Made by a program: the position numbers and the translations under genes. From a virus (lineage: Duplodnaviria; Caudoviricetes): a DNA stretch of 64,000 bases. Below are positions 47,236 to 56,435 of the stretch, one piece after another. The notes under the pieces were generated by a model that made no database searches, was not told the DNA's origin, and saw only the letters and a list, made by a program, of their open reading frames with translations. Position 1 is the stretch's first letter, and the number at the start of each line of letters is the position of its first letter. The DNA is taken from IMG/VR virus record IMGVR_UViG_3300005739_000025; one strand, written 5' to 3'.

Positions 47236-48294
47236 ATGAAAGATAAAAACTTACAAGATGTATTTGAAGTATTAGACGAGACCCCGTATACTACCTTTTT
47301 ATCAGAAAATACGTTATCAAACGTAGATAAATGGTATGATACGGGGTCTTATGCCTTAAACGCTATTATCTCAGGTAAAATTAAAGATGGTGGTGTTCCT
47401 AAGGGCAGAGTGATTATATTTGCTGGTGAAACAGGAACAGGGAAGACACTCTTAATTAATAAGATTCTTGGACTAGCTCAAAAACAAGGCATTCATCCAG
47501 TGATTTTTGATTCAGAGTTCGCCGTTGATGCCGAATCAGCTAAAAATGTTGGGCTTGATCCCGACAACACAAAATACGTACCTGTAGAAACAGTTGAAAG
47601 TTTAAGAAACTCTATATCTAAGTTCTTAGATAAGGTTATTGAGAACAAAATGCAAGGTAAATTTATTATCTCAATAGATAGCTTAGGCAACCTTTCATCT
47701 GAAAAAGAGCAACAAGACATCTTAAAAGATAAAGCAGCTGCTGATATGGGCTCTAGAGCAAAAGGTATTAAGAGTTTGCTTAGAACGCTTACATTGAAAG
47801 CAGGTCAAGCGGGTGTTACTGTTTTGATTTCTAATCATACCTACTCCGACCCGGTTGCTCTCTACCCGTCTTTAATTAAAAATCAATCTGGTGGTTCAGG
47901 TCCGCTTTATATGGCATCTGTCATTGTTCAATTAGCTAAAAAAAATGAAAAAGCTGAGACTGATGATGATGAAATTTTACCTGAAGCAAAAAATTATGCA
48001 GGTGCTACTTTAAGAGCACTTACAACTAAAAATAGATTTGTACCACCATTTTTAGAGACATCCTTGTATTTGAACTTTCTTAATGGGTTAGACAAATATT
48101 CTGGATTGTTTGATATGGCTATCAATCATGGCATTATTATCCAAACTGGATCTACATATACTATGCCAGATGGAACTAAACTAGGTTATAAGAAAAACTT
48201 TATTAATGAAAAGTTTTATGAGGAAGTTATTTTACCTGGATTAGAAAAGATTTTATCTGAAAAGTATAGATACTCTAAACCGGTTACGGAATAA
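47236..48294 (+). CDS. uvsX: RecA-like recombinase UvsX
   Basis: DTGSYALNAIISG, AGETGTGKT, FDSE, IDSLGNL, NHTY, SGGSG, YMAS, KNRF. Confidence 0.93.
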   Translation: MKDKNLQDVFEVLDETPYTTFLSENTLSNVDKWYDTGSYALNAIISGKIKDGGVPKGRVIIFAGETGTGKTLLINKILGLAQKQGIHPVIFDSEFAVDAESAKNVGLDPDNTKYVPVETVESLRNSISKFLDKVIENKMQGKFIISIDSLGNLSSEKEQQDILKDKAAADMGSRAKGIKSLLRTLTLKAGQAGVTVLISNHTYSDPVALYPSLIKNQSGGSGPLYMASVIVQLAKKNEKAETDDDEILPEAKNYAGATLRALTTKNRFVPPFLETSLYLNFLNGLDKYSGLFDMAINHGIIIQTGSTYTMPDGTKLGYKKNFINEKFYEEVILPGLEKILSEKYRYSKPVTE

Positions 48295-48313
48295 TTCGAA
48301 ACCAAATACGCGG

Positions 48314-48348
48314 CCGCGTAGTCGGGTAACTGGCTACGCGGTTTTTTT
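48314..48348 (+). terminator. Rho-independent terminator after uvsX
   Basis: 12-bp stem CCGCGTAGTCGG/CTGGCTACGCGG with GTAA tetraloop followed by T7. Confidence 0.9.
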
Positions 48349-48349
48349 A

Positions 48350-48377
48350 TTGCATTATTAAAATAATTTTATATAAT
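48350..48377 (+). promoter_or_regulatory. sigma70-like promoter TTGCAT-N16-TATAAT for the thyX-queC-HO-FDBR-GATase run
   Basis: Near-consensus; ATG 5 nt downstream. Confidence 0.65.
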
Positions 48378-48382
48378 TCATT

Positions 48383-49036
48383 ATGGTTACCTTAATTTCA
48401 GTAACAGAACCTAACGAATATCTAAAAAAGGAAGGTATTAAAACAGCTGAAGATTTAGTTGTTTTTGTCGCTAGGGTGTCGAATCCAAAAAATCAATTTA
48501 ACAGTAAAACAGGTCCAAAACTTTTATCCTATCTGATACAACATAAACATTGGAGCCCGTTTGAACATGTTTCTGCTACTTTAGAGATTAAAACTTCTAG
48601 AGCAATTGCAGCTCAACTATTAAGACATAGATCATTTACATTTCAAGAATTTAGTCAGCGCTACTCTTCAACAACTAGTTTAGAAAAATTAGAATGGAGA
48701 GAACAAGGTAAAACAAATAGACAGGTTGGTGATTCAGAAATAACTCTATCTGTTGTAGATCAAGGTATGGTCGATGCTGCGCAAAAAGCTTGTATCAAAA
48801 CATATGAAACCTTAATTGCAAATGGTATAGCTAAAGAATGTGCTAGAATGATTCTACCTCTTAATACCACATCTATAATATACATGACAGGAACGTTGAG
48901 ATCATGGATTCATTATATACAATTAAGAAACACAAAGGATACACAAAAAGAACATAGAGATATAGCTTTTAGCGTTAAGACTATACTTAAGACACAATTT
49001 CCAATAACGTTTGAAGTGTTGAAAGAATTAAAATAG
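48383..49036 (+). CDS. thyX: FAD-dependent thymidylate synthase
   Basis: HWSPFEH and RHRSFTFQEFSQRY (RHR-x7-S); HWIQLR-like motif; TQKEHR. Confidence 0.95.
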   Translation: MVTLISVTEPNEYLKKEGIKTAEDLVVFVARVSNPKNQFNSKTGPKLLSYLIQHKHWSPFEHVSATLEIKTSRAIAAQLLRHRSFTFQEFSQRYSSTTSLEKLEWREQGKTNRQVGDSEITLSVVDQGMVDAAQKACIKTYETLIANGIAKECARMILPLNTTSIIYMTGTLRSWIHYIQLRNTKDTQKEHRDIAFSVKTILKTQFPITFEVLKELK

Positions 49037-49050
49037 ATATATAATAAGTT

Positions 49051-49773
49051 ATGAGCAAAAAGAAAATAGTAGTAACGGTTTCTGGGGGTATGGATAGCGC
49101 GGTACTACTTTATATGGCAGTACAAAAAGTCGGTAAAAATAATGTCTACCCTTTGTTTTTTAATTACAACCAACGTCATATACGAGAGTTGGGATGTGCC
49201 CGGGGGTTAGTAATGAATGTTTTAGATAAAGAACTTAAAGAGATTGACGTTTCTTTTATTCGAGAATTAGCTCCTACTAGCTCACTCACAAATGATGATA
49301 TTGAGACACCAAAAGTGGATGAAGTAATGGGTGAAGCACAACCAAAATCATACGTACCATTTAGAAACTTAATGTTTTTAAGTATCTGTTGCTCATATGC
49401 GGAGAGTGTAGATGCCAGTGAGGTGTGGTATGGTGCAACACAAATAGATAGCTTAGCTGGTTACTGGGATGCGGAAGAAAACTTTGTTAAAAAAGTTAAC
49501 CAAGTGGTAAAGTTAAATAGAGAAAAGAAAATTAAAGTTGTCGCGCCATTGCTCAGTGCAAATAAATCAGATATTGTAATGAAAGGTGTTGAGTTGGGAG
49601 TGCCTTTTGATATGACCTATACCTGTTATTCAGGGGATATGCCCGCAGATGCAACATCTGCGTCTTCCTCTTTAAGAATAAAGGGATTTTTAATGGCAGG
49701 TTATATCGATCCTATGCCCTACAAACAAGATTTAACTGAGATCTGGCAAAAGCATAATTGCAAAATAATATAA
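49051..49773 (+). CDS. queC: 7-cyano-7-deazaguanine synthase (variant lacking three Zn cysteines)
   Basis: SGGMDS, YNQRH, YVPFRNLMFLS, YWD, APL...K..IV..G..LGVP...TYTCY. Confidence 0.9.
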   Translation: MSKKKIVVTVSGGMDSAVLLYMAVQKVGKNNVYPLFFNYNQRHIRELGCARGLVMNVLDKELKEIDVSFIRELAPTSSLTNDDIETPKVDEVMGEAQPKSYVPFRNLMFLSICCSYAESVDASEVWYGATQIDSLAGYWDAEENFVKKVNQVVKLNREKKIKVVAPLLSANKSDIVMKGVELGVPFDMTYTCYSGDMPADATSASSSLRIKGFLMAGYIDPMPYKQDLTEIWQKHNCKII

Positions 49774-49777
49774 TACT

Positions 49778-50368
49778 ATGGAACGTTCTGAATTACAAAC
49801 AAGACTTAAAAATGAAACTAAAGGTATACATGATCTGGCAGAAAATATGACAGTAATGAAATCTTTTATTGATGGATCATTTAAGCTAAGACATCTTCTA
49901 CAATATTTGATTAATGTAAAGCCTCTTTATGATGTTGTTGAACAAAGATTATTACAACCTTATATTTTAAAAAATTCTGATTTAAAAAGAACCGATAAAA
50001 TACAACAGGATATTGACTCTATAGTAAAACATTTTAGATCTATTGGTGATGATTTGGGACATATGCTTACACCTTTAGAGGTTACAGATCTGTGGGTAGG
50101 TTGGTGTTGGAGTAAACCAAAAGATTTATTGAAGGCCGATCTATATACGCGTTGGCTAGCAGATATGTACGGAGGTCGCATTATGGCTAAAAATATGGGG
50201 ATATTTGCTGAGTCTTTAAAATTTAATGATACAGCTAAAGCTATAGAAGATGTTAGGTCGATAATAGATGAGAAAAATAAAGATGTAGACAATAACGATA
50301 TTATTGAAGAGACCATGAAAGTTTTTGAATATCATACTGATTTGTTTACTATTTTAGAAAATGAATAG
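49778..50368 (+). CDS. Heme oxygenase (HO1/HemO-like)
   Basis: LKNETKGIHDLAE (proximal His) and YTRWLADMYGGRIM distal-helix motif. Confidence 0.85.
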   Translation: MERSELQTRLKNETKGIHDLAENMTVMKSFIDGSFKLRHLLQYLINVKPLYDVVEQRLLQPYILKNSDLKRTDKIQQDIDSIVKHFRSIGDDLGHMLTPLEVTDLWVGWCWSKPKDLLKADLYTRWLADMYGGRIMAKNMGIFAESLKFNDTAKAIEDVRSIIDEKNKDVDNNDIIEETMKVFEYHTDLFTILENE

Positions 50369-51023
50369 TCACTTAATAATACAAAATTATTTTAACGAAC
50401 TATCATCACTCTTTAAAGAGTATTATGGAGATCCAGACGCTAAAACACTACCATTTCAAAAAGATATACACTCTTGGTTAAATTATTTTTATAAATCTCC
50501 TATTTTTAGACATATTCATTTAGAATATTATAAAACAGATAAAATTTGTGTACTCCACTCTAATATATTTCCAAACCCATTAGTAGATTTACCAATTATG
50601 GGGTTTGATCTTATAGCTTTGGGTGATAAAATTTCGGGATTATTCTTCGACTTTACCCCTACGGTAACTGAATCTCATGCTCTAAGACATAGTTTAGAGA
50701 ATTTAAATGAAAGATATAAATCTAAAAAACGCCTATTACCTGAATGGGCAACCTTTTTTAGTGATGATTTTTATTGCGTTACTCCTGAACCTAATGAAAT
50801 GGATAGGATCTTTAAAGATATAAAATTTTATATTAAACATTATCTTGAATTTGGTAGAGGTAAATTAGAAGAATATACATTTAATATAGCTATACAAAAC
50901 GGTTATTGTAAGGGTCAACAAAAAAATGATAAAACATTTAAAGCGCTTTCTGCGGAAATAGGAAGTAAAGATGCTAAAAAATTTCTTACTAAATATCTTT
51001 TTCCGAAAATTGCAATTAAGTAA
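50361..51023 (+). CDS. Ferredoxin-dependent bilin reductase (PcyA/PcyX/PebS family)
   Basis: FRHIHLE, VLHSNIFP, LPIMGFDLIA, RLLPEWATFFS, YCKGQQKNDKT...L...IG...FL..YLFP; adjacent to heme oxygenase. Confidence 0.88.
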   Translation: MNSHLIIQNYFNELSSLFKEYYGDPDAKTLPFQKDIHSWLNYFYKSPIFRHIHLEYYKTDKICVLHSNIFPNPLVDLPIMGFDLIALGDKISGLFFDFTPTVTESHALRHSLENLNERYKSKKRLLPEWATFFSDDFYCVTPEPNEMDRIFKDIKFYIKHYLEFGRGKLEEYTFNIAIQNGYCKGQQKNDKTFKALSAEIGSKDAKKFLTKYLFPKIAIK

Positions 51024-51043
51024 ACGTACTATAAAATACATAG

Positions 51044-51700
51044 ATGTGTGGTATATATGGAGCAAATGATAGAGAAAAATTTCTTACTCTACAAAAATTA
51101 AATACAGAACGAGGAGATTTTTGCGAAAGTAGCGTATTAGTCACAAAAGACGGGTTTGAAATACATAAGGTTCCAAAAAAAGCTAAAAAAAATTATAAGT
51201 TTCCAAAAAGAAAAAAATTTGATTTGTATCTAGGACACTCCCAGGCCCCAACTTCCACTAAAAGATTATTTAACCCAGAAACATCTCATCCATTTACTGT
51301 TGAAAATTGGGTAGTAGCTCATAATGGAGTATTAACAAATTACAAAGAGCTTGTTAATCAATTTCAAAGACCATACAACAACCCGGTAGATAGCAGTATT
51401 ATACCCTATCTTATGTACAAAATGAGTGAACTTTCATCTAACGAAATAGAAATTATAGTTAATTCGTTAGAGTTTTTAAAAGGTACGTTTGGTGTTTGGA
51501 TACATAACGCATTTACAGGTAACACATTTTTAGCTAAATGTGGGGTAACATTATTTGCAGATATATATGATAATTGTTTTAGCTCAGTAAGTTACAAGTT
51601 TTTTGACCCTTTAGAGGAAGGAACACTATACCAACTAACAAGTGAAGGAATCACTAGTGTCGCAACATTTGATTGTGATAGTCCGTTCTTTACTGTTTAG
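51044..51700 (+). CDS. Class II (Ntn) glutamine amidotransferase domain, stand-alone
   Basis: MCGIYG (Cys2 nucleophile), LGHSQAPT, SHPF, VAHNGVLTN, VDS. Confidence 0.85.
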   Translation: MCGIYGANDREKFLTLQKLNTERGDFCESSVLVTKDGFEIHKVPKKAKKNYKFPKRKKFDLYLGHSQAPTSTKRLFNPETSHPFTVENWVVAHNGVLTNYKELVNQFQRPYNNPVDSSIIPYLMYKMSELSSNEIEIIVNSLEFLKGTFGVWIHNAFTGNTFLAKCGVTLFADIYDNCFSSVSYKFFDPLEEGTLYQLTSEGITSVATFDCDSPFFTV

Positions 51701-52548
51701 TCCCAAGGCATATCACCTTTAGATCTACCAATATAAACACCACCGTAAGGGTCTTTATCAAAATCTTCCACGTCTTCAGGGTCATAACCAGAAGTTACCT
51801 CACCAGTACCTTCACCTTCATTTTCCTCTTTCTCTTTTGTCTCTTCTGGATCTACAGCTTCGTAGTTACCACCGTCGGTTTTTTGTAAATAACCTGTTCG
51901 AATAAGAGAAGAAATGTTTATTTTTGCTTCTGACTCTTCCATATCAGGGTTATCCCCTATCATCATTCTAGTTAATTCTTCTCTAGAATATCCACCTTCA
52001 CCTAAAATTCTTTCCCAGAATCTTTTCATTACTGGATCATCTATACCCGCACCAGCGTTTGTTTGTTTTGATGTTTCTGACGATGGCTCTTCTTTGTCTA
52101 GCTTATCTGCATTTTTTAAAGTGTAATTTGTTAACTTTTCTACACCTTTTTGTGATGGTTTTTTATCCATAACAACCCCATCTCTTTCGTCTTTAAGTAC
52201 CCCTGCTGCTTTTAAAGCATTGTATAATACTCTAGCTGAGTATTTTGAATTAGTGTTATTGATAGATGGTTTAATTTCTCTAATAACTGGAGCCAACTCC
52301 ATTTCATAAAAGTCCTTATATAGTTTTGGGGACTTTCCACCCTTAGCTTTAAATGTGGATAAGAATTTTGAAAATACTTGCGATGTTTCTTCAGGTGTTA
52401 AGTCGTATTTACCTTTAGCTAATTCTGGAAACTCAGCTTTTACCTCTTCCCCTGATCCTGAATAGTCACCCATCTCTACAGGTGCTAGTTCGTTTAATAC
52501 GTTTTTCTTTTTATAAGCTTCAAAAATTAGATATGAGTCTTTGTCCAT
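51697..52548 (-). CDS. Acidic late protein (probable head-internal protein)
   Basis: TAAATA 5 nt before ATG; D.YLIFEAY...VLNE leader. Confidence 0.6.
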   Translation of the reverse strand: MDKDSYLIFEAYKKKNVLNELAPVEMGDYSGSGEEVKAEFPELAKGKYDLTPEETSQVFSKFLSTFKAKGGKSPKLYKDFYEMELAPVIREIKPSINNTNSKYSARVLYNALKAAGVLKDERDGVVMDKKPSQKGVEKLTNYTLKNADKLDKEEPSSETSKQTNAGAGIDDPVMKRFWERILGEGGYSREELTRMMIGDNPDMEESEAKINISSLIRTGYLQKTDGGNYEAVDPEETKEKEENEGEGTGEVTSGYDPEDVEDFDKDPYGGVYIGRSKGDMPWD

Positions 52549-52576
52549 TTGATTATTTATATTTTAGACATATAAT
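52549..52576 (+). promoter_or_regulatory. sigma70-like promoter TTGATT-N16-TATAAT overlapping a minus-strand TAAATA
   Basis: Both motifs read directly; serves GT2-gp41 (plus) and 51697..52548 (minus). Confidence 0.65.
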
Positions 52577-52584
52577 ATACAGAA

Positions 52585-53244
52585 ATGGATACGGTAATTT
52601 GTAGTTTAACGAGAAATAAGGATAGATCCAATACAATATTATGGAGATCGTTGCAGAAAATAGGCGAGATTAAAATTAATATAGAAGATAACAACACTAA
52701 AAAAGGTTTAAGTCAGTACTATAATGAGTGTATCGAAAAATTTAAAGATAGTGATTGTATAGTTTTCGTTCATGATGATGTTGATATTATTAGTTCTGAT
52801 CTTTTATATCAACTCCGGGAAGGTTTTAAACGTTTTGATGTTATTGGTGTCGCTGGGTGTGTTAATCCTAAAATTTTAGATAGAAATTTATGGCATTGGA
52901 TGGCCGGAGATAGATCAAACTGCCGTGGAATAGCCGGGCACCCATATAGTGATTCTGAATTTTTCGTAACATCTTTCGGTCCTACACCTTCTAGAGTAGT
53001 AATTATAGATGGAGTTTTAATGGCAATTAAAACTAAAAAGATTTACAATTCCGGAATACGATTTGACGAACAGTTTAGATTTCATCATTATGATATAGAT
53101 TTTAGCTTGACCTGTAACACTAAAAAAGCTAAAATAGGGGTCTGGCCAATACTTATAAACCACCAATCACCTGGGCTAAAGGATTTTGACACAACATGGA
53201 ACGAAAGTAATCAAAAATTTATAGACAAATGGAAAAACAAATAG
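52585..53244 (+). CDS. Glycosyltransferase family 2-like (Glyco_tranf_2_5-like)
   Basis: IVFVHDDV, FDVIGVAG, IIDGVLMA, FDEQFRFHHYDIDFS. Confidence 0.8.
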   Translation: MDTVICSLTRNKDRSNTILWRSLQKIGEIKINIEDNNTKKGLSQYYNECIEKFKDSDCIVFVHDDVDIISSDLLYQLREGFKRFDVIGVAGCVNPKILDRNLWHWMAGDRSNCRGIAGHPYSDSEFFVTSFGPTPSRVVIIDGVLMAIKTKKIYNSGIRFDEQFRFHHYDIDFSLTCNTKKAKIGVWPILINHQSPGLKDFDTTWNESNQKFIDKWKNK

Positions 53245-54554
53245 ACCAAGACCTTTACGAGTATATTATCTTCTATAATTGTCTTGTAGATAAAACGTAT
53301 CTCTCTAGTATTAGTGATTACGTCAAACCCAGCATTTTTAAAAATAAAGATATTAAAGCTGTAATAGGTATTATTCTAGACTTCTTTAAAAAGAACGGCA
53401 ACTTACCCACAAACACTGAAATAAAGGTTTACCTCACTGACGATGCTCTTAAACAAAGCTTTAAAGCTGTACTCACTAAGCTTGTAGATATAGATAAAAA
53501 GTTTGATAAAGAAGAACTTTATAAAAATACTGAAACTTTTCTTAAGGAAAGGCACGTCTTTAATACATTATTACAAGCCGCTGAACATTTAGATTCCAAA
53601 AATTTAGATACACACAAGCTTTTAGCTAAGATTGAACACGCTGTTAATATAGATCTATCTACAAACTATGGTACAAACCTACTAATAGATATAGATAACT
53701 TTTTAACAGAGTTAAACAGAGATGAACCAGTTATACCTACCGGTTGGAAGTGGATGGATAATAAGCTTGATGGAGGTTTTTTAGAGAAAGGTCGAGCGCT
53801 TTATCTGTTTATGGGCGAAACTAACGTGGGCAAGAGTATCTTTTTAGGTAATATTGCTACGAACATAGCATTACAAGGTAAAAAAGTCTTGCTACTTACA
53901 TTTGAAATGTCGGAAGTAATGTATTCAAAGAGGCTGGCATCTTCTATTACCAAGATTCCTATGTCAGATCTCAGAAAAGATCAACAAACACTTAAACAAT
54001 TACTTGTTGAGACAAGAGAACAAAAGAAAAATTCTGCCATATTAATTAAAGAATTTCCCCCTTCAACAGTTTCCCCCGGACAAGTTAGTGCATTTATTAA
54101 AAAACTTATTCAATCAGGCTTTCAACCTGATGCTATAGTTTTAGATTATTTAAATCTACTTAATTCACCTCATGGTATTAACAGTTATGAGAGGGTTAAA
54201 TACATTGCTGAAAAAGTTAGGGCTATGAGCTATGAATTTAATTGTCCTATTATTAGCGCTACACAGGTTAATAGATCAGGCTTTAATGTTGATCAACCTG
54301 GTTTAGAAACAATATCAGAAAGTACTGGTCTTGCTGCTACAGCAGATGCAATATTTACAATATGGCAGAAAGACGAGGATAAAGAGATGGGAATAGTTAA
54401 TCTTGGTTGTGTTAAGAATAGATTTGGTCCTAATTTTGGTAATACAGTATTAAGAGTAGACTATTATACACTATCTCTTAAGGAAGACGAAATGATTTCC
54501 GGTACCGATGAAGCGCTGGACTTCTCAAAATCTATAAACGCTTTAGTTGAATGA
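53229..54554 (+). CDS. 41: Replicative DNA helicase gp41 (DnaB-like)
   Basis: GETNVGKS, TFEMSE, IVLDYL, SATQVNR, SESTGLAATAD, KNRFG. Confidence 0.93.
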   Translation: MEKQIDQDLYEYIIFYNCLVDKTYLSSISDYVKPSIFKNKDIKAVIGIILDFFKKNGNLPTNTEIKVYLTDDALKQSFKAVLTKLVDIDKKFDKEELYKNTETFLKERHVFNTLLQAAEHLDSKNLDTHKLLAKIEHAVNIDLSTNYGTNLLIDIDNFLTELNRDEPVIPTGWKWMDNKLDGGFLEKGRALYLFMGETNVGKSIFLGNIATNIALQGKKVLLLTFEMSEVMYSKRLASSITKIPMSDLRKDQQTLKQLLVETREQKKNSAILIKEFPPSTVSPGQVSAFIKKLIQSGFQPDAIVLDYLNLLNSPHGINSYERVKYIAEKVRAMSYEFNCPIISATQVNRSGFNVDQPGLETISESTGLAATADAIFTIWQKDEDKEMGIVNLGCVKNRFGPNFGNTVLRVDYYTLSLKEDEMISGTDEALDFSKSINALVE

Positions 54555-54581
54555 TTTTAATATTGGAATATATATTATACA

Positions 54582-55472
54582 GTGAATGCTAATTATATAC
54601 ACGTTTTTACAGATGCAGATCTAGATGGTGCCATAAGCTACTTAACACTTTGTTGGTTTATTGGGAAGGATTTGCCTGTAACAGCAACCACAGAAAAAGC
54701 TTTTGGAGAAGATTTTAAGAAATTTTCTCTTAGCAATGACATAAACAATTATACAAGAATTTATGTTCTTGATATAGACATTTGTAGTTACGCATCTCAA
54801 TTAGATAGACCTAATTTTAGTTTAGTCGATCACCATTTAGGTAGTATTGAATGTGGGTATAATTTTAAACACGCAAGACACAAGATAGAGGACAGTGGTA
54901 GTACATGTAAGCTTTTATACAACGTATTAAAAAATCATTATAATAAGGATATTGATGCATCTAAAAAACTATTAGTGTCTATTGGTCATGATTATGATAG
55001 CTACACATTAAAAAATAGAGAGCTCTCTATTGGGTTAAATATGTTGTTTTGGAACTTGCAAGGCAATAGACTAGAAAAATTTAAAGAGAGATATAAAAAC
55101 GGTTTTAAAGAATTTACCAACGAAGATTTAAAAATAATTTCTTTTTATAAAAATAAAATTAATAAACATTTACAAGATAATCATATTTTTTCTGGTGTGA
55201 TTCCTATGGGCGGAAAAAATGTAAAGGTTTCATCTGTATTTGCAGACTTTTGTATCAATGAAGTTGCACAAGAAGTTCTTACAAGAACAAATAGCGAAGT
55301 TGCAATTATAGTTAATCCAAAAACTGAATCAGTATCTTTTAGAAAAGCTTCGGGGTCTGATTTAAATGTGGCTAAGCTTGCGGCAAAAATAGCTGACGGT
55401 GGTGGTCATCCAAGTGCTGCTGGGGGTAAAATAACAGAAAGCTTTATGGAGTTCACAAAATTACTAAAATGA
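54582..55472 (+). CDS. DHH/DHHA1 family phosphoesterase
   Basis: TDADLDG, VLDI, VDHH, GGGHPSAAGG. Confidence 0.88.
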   Translation: MNANYIHVFTDADLDGAISYLTLCWFIGKDLPVTATTEKAFGEDFKKFSLSNDINNYTRIYVLDIDICSYASQLDRPNFSLVDHHLGSIECGYNFKHARHKIEDSGSTCKLLYNVLKNHYNKDIDASKKLLVSIGHDYDSYTLKNRELSIGLNMLFWNLQGNRLEKFKERYKNGFKEFTNEDLKIISFYKNKINKHLQDNHIFSGVIPMGGKNVKVSSVFADFCINEVAQEVLTRTNSEVAIIVNPKTESVSFRKASGSDLNVAKLAAKIADGGGHPSAAGGKITESFMEFTKLLK

Positions 55473-55747
55473 TTAATAAAGAATTAGAATATAGAGAAAA
55501 TTTACACCTATTCAGAACCTTTTGTAGTTTCTTGTGTATTGTTTACAGTAAAAAATATAATATGGCAAACATATTGTTATTATATCTACAGAACAAAGGT
55601 GTGAGAGACCTATTTAAGGAGCTTTTATCTGTTAATACAGATTTTGAATCTATCAAAATATTTTTAGAATTTGACCCTACACTTTATAAAAGTAAGTATA
55701 TAATGAAGTATCTTAATAATTTTAAGAACAAAAGAATACTTCAATGA
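55469..55747 (+). CDS. Hypothetical protein
   Basis: ATGA-coupled ORF in the replication operon. Confidence 0.55.
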   Translation: MINKELEYRENLHLFRTFCSFLCIVYSKKYNMANILLLYLQNKGVRDLFKELLSVNTDFESIKIFLEFDPTLYKSKYIMKYLNNFKNKRILQ

Positions 55748-56421
55748 GAAATACTGATATAAAGCATATCTATAATACATTTCTAAGAATATCTCGACAA
55801 AAACAAAATAAGCCCTTTAAGCTTAGATCGAACTGGGATGATTTTGAAAAATCTGATTTTTACTTACCTGTTTTAAAACTTAAAAACTTTTTTGATAGAA
55901 ATTATACGGTTAATATAGAGGATTATTTTTTATCTCCTTATGAAGTTTATGAAGAAAAAACTTACTACGATTTAGACTTCTATAATACTTTATCAGCTGT
56001 GAAGGTTTATAATATTTTTTGTGGTAAGAAAAATCAGTTAGACGCTGATAATGAAATACAGGTAAATTCTATTCTAAGAGGTTTAAAATTTATAAAAAAA
56101 TTCTGTATTGAAAAAAATATAAGCCTGTCAGATTATTTAAATTATCTAGAACCTGGAGCTGTTGTTAACAGCTTTATTATTCACTTAAAAGAAAAAAATA
56201 TTAGCGTTTACAATCTTTTTACCTTTAAAGACTTTGACAAAATTTACTCCAGAAACGATTTTGATACTTTAAGATTCATATTGAACGATTTACCTTTAAA
56301 ACTGTCCATTTTAAGAGCTAAATTTTATAACTCTAAAAAAGGTAAAAGCATAGCTATTAACGGTTTAAAAATTATTGAAAAAGAAATTAACCAAAATCTT
56401 CTTGATAAATCGAAGAAATAG
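55744..56421 (+). CDS. Hypothetical protein, possible gp59-like helicase loader
   Basis: Size and position directly upstream of gp32, as for gene 59 in T4-like phages; sequence support weak. Confidence 0.4.
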   Translation: MRNTDIKHIYNTFLRISRQKQNKPFKLRSNWDDFEKSDFYLPVLKLKNFFDRNYTVNIEDYFLSPYEVYEEKTYYDLDFYNTLSAVKVYNIFCGKKNQLDADNEIQVNSILRGLKFIKKFCIEKNISLSDYLNYLEPGAVVNSFIIHLKEKNISVYNLFTFKDFDKIYSRNDFDTLRFILNDLPLKLSILRAKFYNSKKGKSIAINGLKIIEKEINQNLLDKSKK

Positions 56422-56435
56422 TATACATTTATAGT

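Noticed and set aside
37344-54554. Inteins or introns in uvsW, 46, 43, uvsX or 41
   Set aside because: Lengths are typical, conserved motifs are contiguous, and no C...HN intein boundaries were seen
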